From: Proteobacteria bacterium SG_bin7
GTDB taxonomy: Bacteria; Bdellovibrionota; Bdellovibrionia; Bdellovibrionales; SG-bin7
DNA length: 64,000 nucleotides
Assembly: GCA_002083485.1 (NCBI GenBank)
Contig: LWDK01000030.1
Coordinates: 294,091-358,090 of the forward strand
Direction: 5' to 3'
A program made the position numbers and the translations under genes. Under the pieces are notes generated by a model. That model had not been told where the DNA came from. It made no database searches and saw nothing but the letters and a program-made list of their open reading frames with translations. Shown here one piece after another: positions 48,517-57,393 of the stretch (within the stretch, counting starts at the first letter, position 1; each line of letters starts with the position of its first letter).

Positions 48517-49402
48517 AACCCCAACTTTTTGCAACTTCGGAAATATCCTTAACAATTTCCTGCGAAGTCCCGTGTAAAAATCGCGGGATTTTATAAATTG
48601 GCGAGCCCTCTACTTCTAGACGATGAATCTGCGCCGCTTGCATTTCATTTTTATCTACCAAGTACTGGGTAAAAATTTTTAATGGTGCTTCGACCTGGTC
48701 GTCAGCAATTACCTTTTCAAGGTCCTCACTATCGACTGGCATTTCCATAATATTATTGCAAATAAATGAAGCCTTGGCTCCCATTTCCATCAAAATATCA
48801 TTATAGAGTTCAATTGATTCTGTAACCGCGAGCTCTTCAGGCAAAGTCACGATAAAATATCCTGTTATCCCGGAGTCACGCAGCACGCGAATCATATCAC
48901 GGCATTGACTTGCCATTGGCCCAAACTTCACTGCTTCGGCAATGCCAACTGGGGCTCGCAACATCCCAAGCATGTGGCCAGTAGCGTAACTGTCGACGAC
49001 GATCAAATCATAGTTAAGCGCTGGGCCGACACTACGAACACCGCTTGTAATTTTTCCAACAATAGCAAGCTCCGCCAAAGAAGGCCCTATGTCGATCAAT
49101 GTCTTCATAAAAGGATTTTCATAAACCAAATTGGTAATGGCTTCTGATTTCACCAAAAAATGAATATAATCCCGTAAACAGCGATAGCCGTCCCAGTGTG
49201 CTAAAAATAAATTCTGCTTAATTTCCTTCGGTTCAAAACCAACCGGCCCTTTGGTCAATATGCCTTCAAAAAAACTCGTTTCACCAAGTTCTATCAAAAG
49301 GACCCGCATGCCTTTTTCAGCCTGCGCCATGGCATAACCAGCCGAAACCATCGACTTTCCAGTCCCACCTTTACCCGTAAAAAAAAGGATCTTCCTTGCC
49401 AT
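48509..49402 (-). CDS. ArsA/Get3-family ATPase (partner subunit)
   Basis: Deviant Walker A FTGKGGTGKS. VVDSYATGH corresponds to the ArsA DTAPTGH signature. Confidence 0.7.
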   Translation of the reverse strand: MARKILFFTGKGGTGKSMVSAGYAMAQAEKGMRVLLIELGETSFFEGILTKGPVGFEPKEIKQNLFLAHWDGYRCLRDYIHFLVKSEAITNLVYENPFMKTLIDIGPSLAELAIVGKITSGVRSVGPALNYDLIVVDSYATGHMLGMLRAPVGIAEAVKFGPMASQCRDMIRVLRDSGITGYFIVTLPEELAVTESIELYNDILMEMGAKASFICNNIMEMPVDSEDLEKVIADDQVEAPLKIFTQYLVDKNEMQAAQIHRLEVEGSPIYKIPRFLHGTSQEIVKDISEVAKSWGYD

Positions 49403-49457
49403 GTGTCGAACGTTCCCCTATATTCCACGGTTCTTAAAGAAAAAACCGGAGAAAGTC

Positions 49458-50762
49458 ATGAAAGCTGATCTAGAAAAGGTATCAAGTCTAGAGCGAAAGC
49501 TCAACATCCAAGTTCCCGCCGAAAAAGTATTGGCAGCGTTTAATGACGCTTATAAGCGTGTACAACGTCAGGCGGAAATCAAAGGATTTCGCAAGGGAAA
49601 GGCCCCAATCCAAACAATTAAATCGCTATTCAAAGACCGTGTTATGTCGGACGTGATCAACGAATTGATTCAAAAACATTACACTTTGGCACTCGATCAG
49701 CATCAGTTGAACCCTATTAGCTCGCCAACTATCGACATTGAATCTAACATTGAAGAAAGCGGCGAATTCAAATTCACTGCGCAATTTGAAGTGCGTCCCG
49801 ATATTAGCGCCGTAAAATATGAAGGCCTTGAAGTTTTAAAAGAAAAAAATGAAGTCACCGACGAAATGTTAAATAATTACCTTGAAAACATGCGCAAGCG
49901 ATCCGCGCAACTTGAAAGCATCACAGAAAAGCGAGTCATAAAGAAAGATGATTTCGTCATGATTGATTTTCAAGGACATGATGGTGAAACGGCGCTCGAT
50001 GATATCAAAGGAAACGATCTACCAGTTAAAATTGGTGGTGGCCAATTCCTACCCGGATTTGAAGATCAACTTTTGGGACTAAATGTTGGTGATGAGAAAT
50101 CATTCGACCAAGCTATTCCTGAAAATTACCATCACAAACCGATCGCCGGAAAAACAATTAAATTTTCAGTGAAAGTAAAAGATATTCGCGCTGAAATTCT
50201 TCCAGAACTTAACGATGAATTCGCGAAAAAATTCCAACAGGATAATATGGAAGCTTTAAGAACCTCTATCAAAGAGGAGTTGCTTCATGAGGAAGGCGCA
50301 CGCATTAATGATGAATTCAAAAAACGCCTATTTAATGTGATCGCTGAAAAAAACCCAGTTGATATTCCACCCACTTTAAAAGAAGAACAAAAAAAGAAAC
50401 TCATCGAAGATTTTCGCCATCGCATGCTTAGCCAAGGCATGAGCGAACAAGACTTTGAGAAGTATCAAACTGATTGGGCTGCTGATTTCGATAAAACTGC
50501 AAACTTTATGGTGCATACTTATTTTATCGTCGACAAAATTGCGAAAGATCACGAACTCAAACCAACTAATGATGATATCGAAAATAAAATTACTGCGCAC
50601 GCAGCAGCCTCAGGAATTGAAGTCGCTAAACTTCGCAACTATTACAACACAGTGGATGGTCGCTCACGCTTGAGCTACCAAATCACTGAGGAAAACGTTG
50701 TGAAATTTTTAGAGGGCAAAGTTAAAGTTAAAGAGGTCAGCAAAGATAAGATTAAGGATTAA
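49458..50762 (+). CDS. tig: trigger factor
   Basis: MKADLEKVSSLERKLNIQVPAEKV and GFRKGKAP ribosome-binding motif, with a central FKBP-like domain. ATG at 49458 with a GGAGAAAG RBS. Confidence 0.9.
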   Translation: MKADLEKVSSLERKLNIQVPAEKVLAAFNDAYKRVQRQAEIKGFRKGKAPIQTIKSLFKDRVMSDVINELIQKHYTLALDQHQLNPISSPTIDIESNIEESGEFKFTAQFEVRPDISAVKYEGLEVLKEKNEVTDEMLNNYLENMRKRSAQLESITEKRVIKKDDFVMIDFQGHDGETALDDIKGNDLPVKIGGGQFLPGFEDQLLGLNVGDEKSFDQAIPENYHHKPIAGKTIKFSVKVKDIRAEILPELNDEFAKKFQQDNMEALRTSIKEELLHEEGARINDEFKKRLFNVIAEKNPVDIPPTLKEEQKKKLIEDFRHRMLSQGMSEQDFEKYQTDWAADFDKTANFMVHTYFIVDKIAKDHELKPTNDDIENKITAHAAASGIEVAKLRNYYNTVDGRSRLSYQITEENVVKFLEGKVKVKEVSKDKIKD

Positions 50763-51940
50763 AATAAGTCTCTACATGTTCTTATTATTTGGCCCGGAGA
50801 CTCTTGAATTTTAAGCTTTGCGCTTTCGAAGGGACTTTCACTGAAATTAAAAAAATATCGGAGACGAGACCATAGTTTTCGAAAAAAAGTTTCTCCCAAA
50901 AAAGCTTTTACGCCATGGCCAGTGGTGTAATTGCCCAAAATAACTTCTTCGTTTCTGTTCTTTAGTTTTAGTTCGACAAAAAAATCATGCTCAACGGCGA
51001 TTTGTTCTTTACCTAAAAGGCCTAAAAGCGACCTCCCTTTGTCAAACAGCTTTCTAAAATCCTGCCTCCAATCGGATCGCATCGGGGCATACCACTGCTC
51101 GCGCAAAGTATCAGGAAGACGAACGCCACCAACCAACTCATCGAAACTGACTTCAAACGAAGGAATTCCAGAGGTATCGAAGGTTTTACTTCCCAGACGG
51201 AATTCAAAACTGGCGTCACTAAAATCTTCCTTCTCTACCATTTGATAATCTTGAGCCTTAAGCTTTCCCCCTTCGTCGTCTACATAGGGAATCCTTATGG
51301 AACTATTTTTTGCGTCGATAGAGTCTCTCGTTTGAACTAAAAAAAGCGTAGATGCCTTGACGTTATCGGTAACGACATGGCCGGTTTGTACTTCAAAGGC
51401 CTGCATAAAAAATATTTTTTCGATATTTGGAATTTGCTTCCGCATGACTTCAGCCTGGCGCCTGGCACGAAAGCGGGCCCGAATTTGTAACCCTACCATC
51501 GATTTTGCCACGGTGATAATAGGTGCCTTAACCAGGATAAATGCGGCAACCGGCAGAACAACCCACGGATTTGCGCCGGCAAGAAAATAGGGAAACAGTT
51601 TACTGGCTGTTAAAACGGGAATGCTAGAATACCAAAACAGACGCTCAATTGGGAAACGATTTATCTTCATTAATTCGGTGGTCGATTTAACTAGACTGGT
51701 ATTGCTTTCGACCGACTTCAGAAGATAGTAGTGAGTTCCCCGACTATGGGTCGGCGACGTCGCAACCTCTTCGGGAACTGACACAATCGTTAAATTTTCA
51801 TTGGAAGAATCTAGTGGGGCTATGATTCTGAGCTGATTCAAAGCCTCGGTTTGATCGATATCACTGATTTCTTGGGCTACCAAAGGCACTACAAAAAAAG
51901 AAAAAAAGAAAATAAGTATTAATGCTAAGCGAGAACTCAT
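50759..51940 (-). CDS. hypothetical membrane protein
   Basis: 393 aa with an N-terminal signal/TM (LALILIFFFSFFVVPLVA) and internal hydrophobic segments around residues 95-150. No motif. Confidence 0.45.
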   Translation of the reverse strand: MSSRLALILIFFFSFFVVPLVAQEISDIDQTEALNQLRIIAPLDSSNENLTIVSVPEEVATSPTHSRGTHYYLLKSVESNTSLVKSTTELMKINRFPIERLFWYSSIPVLTASKLFPYFLAGANPWVVLPVAAFILVKAPIITVAKSMVGLQIRARFRARRQAEVMRKQIPNIEKIFFMQAFEVQTGHVVTDNVKASTLFLVQTRDSIDAKNSSIRIPYVDDEGGKLKAQDYQMVEKEDFSDASFEFRLGSKTFDTSGIPSFEVSFDELVGGVRLPDTLREQWYAPMRSDWRQDFRKLFDKGRSLLGLLGKEQIAVEHDFFVELKLKNRNEEVILGNYTTGHGVKAFLGETFFRKLWSRLRYFFNFSESPFESAKLKIQESPGQIIRTCRDLF

Positions 51941-51951
51941 AATCTTTTAGG

Positions 51952-52620
51952 TTATCTCGATTGATATTCTTCAATCAGTTGTGAGAAGTCGCTTATTGGC
52001 GCACCTACTCTATTTATTTTTTCACAAACATTGTTACAACCGTATTCAGAAATTTCTCGTGATGTAAAAGTAATTTTGCCACTGGCAATATTAGCGCCTG
52101 TAAGTTCACAGCCGACATACGGGGAATAAAAGTCGTCCTCTGCGTCTCTCAACCTTCTGGCTAAGCAAGACGCACCAACAGAAAGAGAATTTGACAAATC
52201 ATAAATTGAAAAACCTCCGACCATTGCCCCAAAAAAAATCTCTGAGGCACCACTGGAGGTGATTGTACAGACACCTTTTGTGAGGCTGACATACAAATTG
52301 GGTGAAATTGATCCTGCAAGACTACCGAGTCGTATTTGTCCACCGCCGTAGGTTCCAGCAAAATTTTCTACGAAGGGACAATGAATATGAATTGAAGTAT
52401 CTTCTATATGGCCAAGCCCGAAGCCAATGTCCTTGAGGGCAATATTGTAGTATTTATTATTCTCGTCTTGGCATTGCATAGAGCCACCTCCGCCTCCAAT
52501 GACGACAGCGACATTAAACCTAGGATCTGATTTGCTGTAACAAGACAGCGTATTTGAATAAGCCGCCGACGAAAAAATGAGAGTAATGAGAGTAATGAGA
52601 GAAACTAGAGCATATTTCAT
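51952..52620 (-). CDS. hypothetical secreted Cys/Gly-rich protein
   Basis: Signal peptide containing a 9-bp tandem repeat (LITLITLIF). 9 Cys and Gly-rich runs (VIGGGGGS) in the mature region. Confidence 0.45.
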   Translation of the reverse strand: MKYALVSLITLITLIFSSAAYSNTLSCYSKSDPRFNVAVVIGGGGGSMQCQDENNKYYNIALKDIGFGLGHIEDTSIHIHCPFVENFAGTYGGGQIRLGSLAGSISPNLYVSLTKGVCTITSSGASEIFFGAMVGGFSIYDLSNSLSVGASCLARRLRDAEDDFYSPYVGCELTGANIASGKITFTSREISEYGCNNVCEKINRVGAPISDFSQLIEEYQSR

Positions 52621-52819
52621 TGGACACCTCTACCGACCACATGCAAGCCCGTGCCAGCGAAATTCGGCTGAATTCTTGTTCAAACTTTTTTCAATTTTCC
52701 GTTAAATGTCACTTAGGCCGAATTAAACGGTTTTCGGCCTCATGACAATAACTAGAAAGTGGATGTAGACCCTCAAAAAGTGAAGAAGTCGCTTGTTTAA
52801 ATATTGATTGGTTTCGGTA

Positions 52820-53104
52820 TTAACCGTCCACGCTAAATGGTGCCAAAGTAGAACTCGACATGTCTAGGGACAAGGAAATCCCGGCTTGCTTTCTGTAAAT
52901 ATACCGATTGTGTTTTCGGCAGAGCACGCGCAGGTTGTCTTCTTCGTTTCCGCCATTAGCCCATCGTGGTTGAATATGATCAATCTCTAAATTCCACCTG
53001 GACCCACAAACTCTGCCGCTGTTTTTGTCTCTGTACTGACAGGTCTGGTCGCGATTGAAAATCTTTTTCTTAAGTGCGCTGGGCACTGGTGCCCGTGACT
53101 GCAC
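52820..53104 (-). CDS. small stand-alone HNH endonuclease
   Basis: RDQTCQY...CGSRWNLEIDHIQPRWANGGNEEDNLRVLCRKHN (HNH/His-Me finger). GTG start. Only 94 aa, with an in-frame stop 48 nt upstream. Confidence 0.65.
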   Translation of the reverse strand: MQSRAPVPSALKKKIFNRDQTCQYRDKNSGRVCGSRWNLEIDHIQPRWANGGNEEDNLRVLCRKHNRYIYRKQAGISLSLDMSSSTLAPFSVDG

Positions 53105-53190
53105 TTCCGCCGCGGAAGCGCAAAACTCAAAGCTAATACCGTCGGGAATAAATTACTTCTTCAGTAGTAACGGATTTAGATCATCCTATG

Positions 53191-54612
53191 TTACTCTACT
53201 TTTGTCGTTTCCGCTTTCGGCTCTGCAAATGAACGCATCACACGCCAGGCTTTCAAGTAGTTATATGCCTGGATAGCTTGAAAATCCCGTCCCAAGAGAA
53301 TTTGCTTGGGAGTTAGGTCCTTACTGTCTTTTCCTTTGGTCTGATTCCACCAATACAGAAATGACTCCGTAGGGTTTGAGGTCATATCTGATTTTTCCGA
53401 GCGTTTTTTTCCTTTGGTTAAATGACGATCCATATCCTGTTCGCGCGTAATGGAGTTTTGTACCATAGACTTTTCTAACGCCTCAGGATCGATTTGCTCC
53501 AGTACCACGTCGGGGTGAATTCCCTCAGCCTGAATTGATTTTCCGCTCGGAGTGAAATAGCGCGCCGTTGTCATCTTTAAAGCTGAACCATCTCCTAATT
53601 TAACAACCGTCTGCACGGTTCCTTTACCAAAGGATCTTTGCCCCATAATGATCGCGCGTTGATTATCTTGAAGTGCCCCGGCCACAATCTCACTTGCACT
53701 CGCTGAATACTCATTGATTAAAACGATCAAAGGAAAACCAACATAATCTCTATGGCTGCCGTTTTCGTCAACCTTGTGCGCCGGCATAATCTCTTTACCT
53801 TTATCCTCGCGTGGAATTGTAGAAACAACGGTTCCCTTATCTAAAAACAAATCGCTAACCCTTGCGGCTTGTTCTAGAATGCCCCCGGGATTTCCACGCA
53901 GGTCTATTATAGCACCCTTATGGGCTTTATATTTTTTATCGTGATTCACCAACGCTTTTTCTAAGTCCTCCGCTGTATTCTCAACAAAGTTGGTAACTTT
54001 ATAATAGGCGTAGCCTTCGTCGAGATCCATATACTTTACCGACGTGAGTTTAATAACTTCACGATTGACGATAAAATCGCGAGGCTTCTCAAAACCGTCG
54101 CGCATAATCGTCAATTTAATTTTCGAACCCTTCGGTCCACGCATCTTTTGGGCGGCATCTACTAGACTAAGCCCTTTAGTTGCCGTCCCCTCGATTTCAA
54201 CAATCTTATCACCCGCTTTAATCCCTGCCTTCCACGCCGGAGAATCTTCAATTGGCGAAATTACCACCAAAATTCCTTTTTGAATGGTGATTTCGATTCC
54301 CAGACCACCAAATTTTCCGCTCGTCTCGGATTCAAATTCTTCATAAACATCAGGCGGTAAAAAATTGGTATGAGGATCGAGCTCCCTTAACATTCCTTTA
54401 ATACTTCCGTAAATTAATTTTTTTGTATCCACTTCTTCGACGTAAAATTTTTCGATTAAATTTAAAACTTTCATAAAAACTTGAATCTCGGAATATCGGT
54501 TGTTATCTGCAAAGACATTGCCTTTTATAGCAAGCACCAAACTTGCCGTGACCACAGTTGTGACCGCGGCAATCCCAAATCCAATAAAAAGGCGTGTTAC
54601 TAATTTCTTCAT
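53191..54612 (-). CDS. ctpA: carboxy-terminal processing protease (S41) with PDZ domain
   Basis: PDZ (GLGIEI...SPAWKAGIKAGDKIVEIEG), RGNPGG, SASASEIVAGAL and FGKGTVQ. The Met at 54612 forms an ATGA overlap with the upstream stop. Confidence 0.88.
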   Translation of the reverse strand: MKKLVTRLFIGFGIAAVTTVVTASLVLAIKGNVFADNNRYSEIQVFMKVLNLIEKFYVEEVDTKKLIYGSIKGMLRELDPHTNFLPPDVYEEFESETSGKFGGLGIEITIQKGILVVISPIEDSPAWKAGIKAGDKIVEIEGTATKGLSLVDAAQKMRGPKGSKIKLTIMRDGFEKPRDFIVNREVIKLTSVKYMDLDEGYAYYKVTNFVENTAEDLEKALVNHDKKYKAHKGAIIDLRGNPGGILEQAARVSDLFLDKGTVVSTIPREDKGKEIMPAHKVDENGSHRDYVGFPLIVLINEYSASASEIVAGALQDNQRAIIMGQRSFGKGTVQTVVKLGDGSALKMTTARYFTPSGKSIQAEGIHPDVVLEQIDPEALEKSMVQNSITREQDMDRHLTKGKKRSEKSDMTSNPTESFLYWWNQTKGKDSKDLTPKQILLGRDFQAIQAYNYLKAWRVMRSFAEPKAETTKVE

Positions 54613-55784
54613 GGAATCTCCTCTTTGGAGTATGTTCGTAGCCACAAGTTAGGGTTCTCTGGTTCAGAAAAATGACGAATTTCAAAATACATTCCTGTAG
54701 CAAATTCCAAAGACGAATTGCCAACCGAAGCTAACACCTGACGAGCCTCTATTTTATCACCAGGAGTGACCTCAACACTTTTTAAGTTTCCATAAACCGA
54801 GTAGTAGTGATCCCCATGGCTTAGAATAATCGTCTGCCCGAAACTTTTCAACTTACCTACAAATTCAACCACCCCAGAAAAAACCGCCTTCACCTTTTCT
54901 GAGGGAGTTGTTTCATAGTAAATACCTTTAGAACTCATCGCGATATTAAAAGTTTCATCTTTTATTAAGCCAAAATCTTGCGCAACGTTCCCACTGACGG
55001 GAGGAAATAGATTGCCGCGGTACTCAAAGAAAGAGGTTTGCAACAATTCCGCAAGTTTAGCATCTACTCCAACTCTTGTATCAAGCACTGAAATAGTTTG
55101 CTCCCGTAGTTCACCGATCGTATCAATTTGCTGCCGACGCTTCTTCTCCATACGAGTGATGATGTCTTTCTTTTCTACCTGACGAGCCAAAATAAAATCT
55201 TCCTTACCCTTAATCTTTTCTTTAAGGGCACCAAGTCTTTCGATAACTACTTTTAAAGCTTTTTTCTGGTTTGTGTGTGCGGCCACTAATTTTTGATACT
55301 CTTTAATACCCTTATAGTTCTGTCCAATCAAAATCTTGAGAAACTTCATATTTCGATCTAATTCGTCTGAGTTTTTATTTGAAAAAACTAAACGGAGTGT
55401 TCCCTGATCGGCTAATTGAATTACCCCTCGAAGCTGAATCTTTAGCTTATCGCGCTCAACACGAATTTGGCTTTCTAAGCCTTCGATAATTCGCGTGATG
55501 CGATTATTTTTATTTTGTGCAACCAGCATCTCATCCACAAGCTTGGTTTTTTCTTTATTAACTTTTTTCATTTGTACGTTCAAATCATAAAGTGAACTTA
55601 GTAACTGGCGTTTTCGTTGCTCGATCTCTTCGAGACTCAGTCTTTCACTTATTAAATCGTCGACGAGCTTATGACGTAGCCGTGCTTTTTTTTCTTCTCT
55701 TTTACTGTCGTTTCCCGCTATAGCATGGGAGAACAAAAAACAGAAAGCAAGCGCAAAAAAAAATGTAAATGTGAAATGTTTCAA
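54609..55784 (-). CDS. EnvC-like coiled-coil protein with degenerate LytM (M23) domain
   Basis: Signal peptide and long coiled coil. The C-terminal M23 fold (ILSHGDHYYSVYGNL) has MYFEIRH where HxH is expected and no HxxxD. Follows ftsEX. Confidence 0.75.
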   Translation of the reverse strand: MKHFTFTFFFALAFCFLFSHAIAGNDSKREEKKARLRHKLVDDLISERLSLEEIEQRKRQLLSSLYDLNVQMKKVNKEKTKLVDEMLVAQNKNNRITRIIEGLESQIRVERDKLKIQLRGVIQLADQGTLRLVFSNKNSDELDRNMKFLKILIGQNYKGIKEYQKLVAAHTNQKKALKVVIERLGALKEKIKGKEDFILARQVEKKDIITRMEKKRRQQIDTIGELREQTISVLDTRVGVDAKLAELLQTSFFEYRGNLFPPVSGNVAQDFGLIKDETFNIAMSSKGIYYETTPSEKVKAVFSGVVEFVGKLKSFGQTIILSHGDHYYSVYGNLKSVEVTPGDKIEARQVLASVGNSSLEFATGMYFEIRHFSEPENPNLWLRTYSKEEIP

Positions 55785-56710
55785 AAATTATTCCTTTTTG
55801 CAGCTAACCATCCATGATTTAGGCGCCCCACAAAAAAGTAAGCACTCAAAGCCCCAAATCCAGTTCCTAAAAGAAAAAATAAAACGGTTAGCCAAATAGG
55901 TACGGTACTGATTTGCGATTTGATAGAAATAAATACCGACTCTATACCAATTGATTCTCGCAAGGCACTAATTCCAAAATTTGTAAGGCTGATTGCGACT
56001 ACACTCGCCACCAAACCAAGAAGAGCTCCATCAATAATGTAAGGAGTGCGAATAAACTTTTTAGTCGCACCAAACAATTCTAAAATTTCGATTTCTTCTC
56101 TGCGTACAAAAATAGAAGTCTTCACGGCGTTTCCAATCACGAAAACACTACCACAAAGGAGAATAAAAATTAGCCCCAAACCAACGACGTTTATGCCATT
56201 TACAAAAGCCGCATAGTTTTGAACCCATTCCTGGCCATAAGATATATCTTCGGTGCCTTCGAGCTTGGAAATCTCTTTAGCCATTCTTCCGAGGCGATCC
56301 GAATCTATTTTCTGCCTAAGTGATTCTTTAAAGCGAATTGTGTAACTTGCCGGAAACGGTGTTGTAAAATCTTGATCGTTCACCATCTCAGGCATAAAAC
56401 CCGACATATCGAGTTTAAATTTTTCCGCAGCCTCACGTCTGGACACAAAACGGACCTCTTCTACACTCTCCATTGCCTTCAACATCTCACCAATCTTAGT
56501 TATTTTTTCTGGCTCTAACTCTTCTTTAAGATAAACTGTCATCTGAACGGAGTCGCCCCATAGGGACAAAACCGATTTTAGGTTATATCCAAAAGTCAGA
56601 AATCCAAGAATTACACTATAGCTGGCAACAAGAACACTCAACGTTGCAAACTGCAGCCAGCCGTGATGCAACCAAGACCGTCGAATATTAGCCAACACTG
56701 ATGACATCAT
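55781..56710 (-). CDS. ftsX: cell division permease-like protein FtsX
   Basis: 309 aa. TM1, large periplasmic loop, then three C-terminal TM segments. Immediately downstream of ftsE with an overlap. Confidence 0.85.
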   Translation of the reverse strand: MMSSVLANIRRSWLHHGWLQFATLSVLVASYSVILGFLTFGYNLKSVLSLWGDSVQMTVYLKEELEPEKITKIGEMLKAMESVEEVRFVSRREAAEKFKLDMSGFMPEMVNDQDFTTPFPASYTIRFKESLRQKIDSDRLGRMAKEISKLEGTEDISYGQEWVQNYAAFVNGINVVGLGLIFILLCGSVFVIGNAVKTSIFVRREEIEILELFGATKKFIRTPYIIDGALLGLVASVVAISLTNFGISALRESIGIESVFISIKSQISTVPIWLTVLFFLLGTGFGALSAYFFVGRLNHGWLAAKRNNF

Positions 56711-57371
56711 TTTTTGAATCCTTCACAATGGTGCCGTTACGAATTTGCACAATTCGGCGTTTACGTTTTTCAACAAGCTCAATGTCGTGAGTCGCAACAA
56801 GAACAGTCGTACCTTGGGCATTCACTTTATCTAAGAGATCCATGATTTCCATGCTTAAATTTGGATCTAAATTTCCGGTTGGCTCATCGGCTATTAAAAC
56901 GCTCGGCTGATGGACCAACGCACGAGCGATAGCTACACGCTGTTGTTCTCCCCCAGAAAGTTGCTCAGGGTACTGATCGCGTTTAAATGTCAAACTCACG
57001 GTGTCCAGCAGTTCATTTACTTTTTGGCGTATAAAGCTCGGTTTTTGATTTTTGATTTCTAACGGAAGTGCGACATTTTCAAAAACCGTTCGGTCTCTTA
57101 AGAGCCGAAAATCTTGAAAAACCACACCGATATTGCGACGAAAATTTGAAACATTATTTTCCCCAAGCTTTTCCACATCGAAACCAGCAACTGAGACTTT
57201 ACCAGAACTACAGCGATCAAAGCCCGAAACCAAACGGAACAAAGTCGTCTTACCGGCACCACTTGGACCAGTAAAAAAAACCGACTCACCTTTTTCGACC
57301 TTGAAATCGAGGTTACTAAGGGCATGAATAGGACCGGCGTAAGTTTTGTAAACATGTGAAAACTGAATCAT
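56688..57371 (-). CDS. ftsE: cell division ATP-binding protein FtsE
   Basis: Walker A GPSGAGKTT, ABC signature LSGGEQQRV, Walker B LIADEPTGNLD. 227 aa. Confidence 0.92.
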   Translation of the reverse strand: MIQFSHVYKTYAGPIHALSNLDFKVEKGESVFFTGPSGAGKTTLFRLVSGFDRCSSGKVSVAGFDVEKLGENNVSNFRRNIGVVFQDFRLLRDRTVFENVALPLEIKNQKPSFIRQKVNELLDTVSLTFKRDQYPEQLSGGEQQRVAIARALVHQPSVLIADEPTGNLDPNLSMEIMDLLDKVNAQGTTVLVATHDIELVEKRKRRIVQIRNGTIVKDSKNDVISVG

Positions 57372-57393
57372 TCTTTAATGGTAACGCTGATAC

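Noticed and set aside
52577-52603. 9-bp tandem repeat (ATGAGAGTA x2 plus a partial copy) as a possible phase-variation tract.
   Set aside because: It encodes the hydrophobic core of a signal peptide (LITLITLIF). There are only two full copies and the unit is in frame, so no on/off switching is expected.
52706-52740. Inverted repeat AGGCCGAA-N9-TTCGGCCT in the spacer between the HNH gene and the Cys-rich protein gene, considered as a terminator or an sRNA.
   Set aside because: No U-tract follows on either strand and no further conserved structure is recognisable. I could not support a call.
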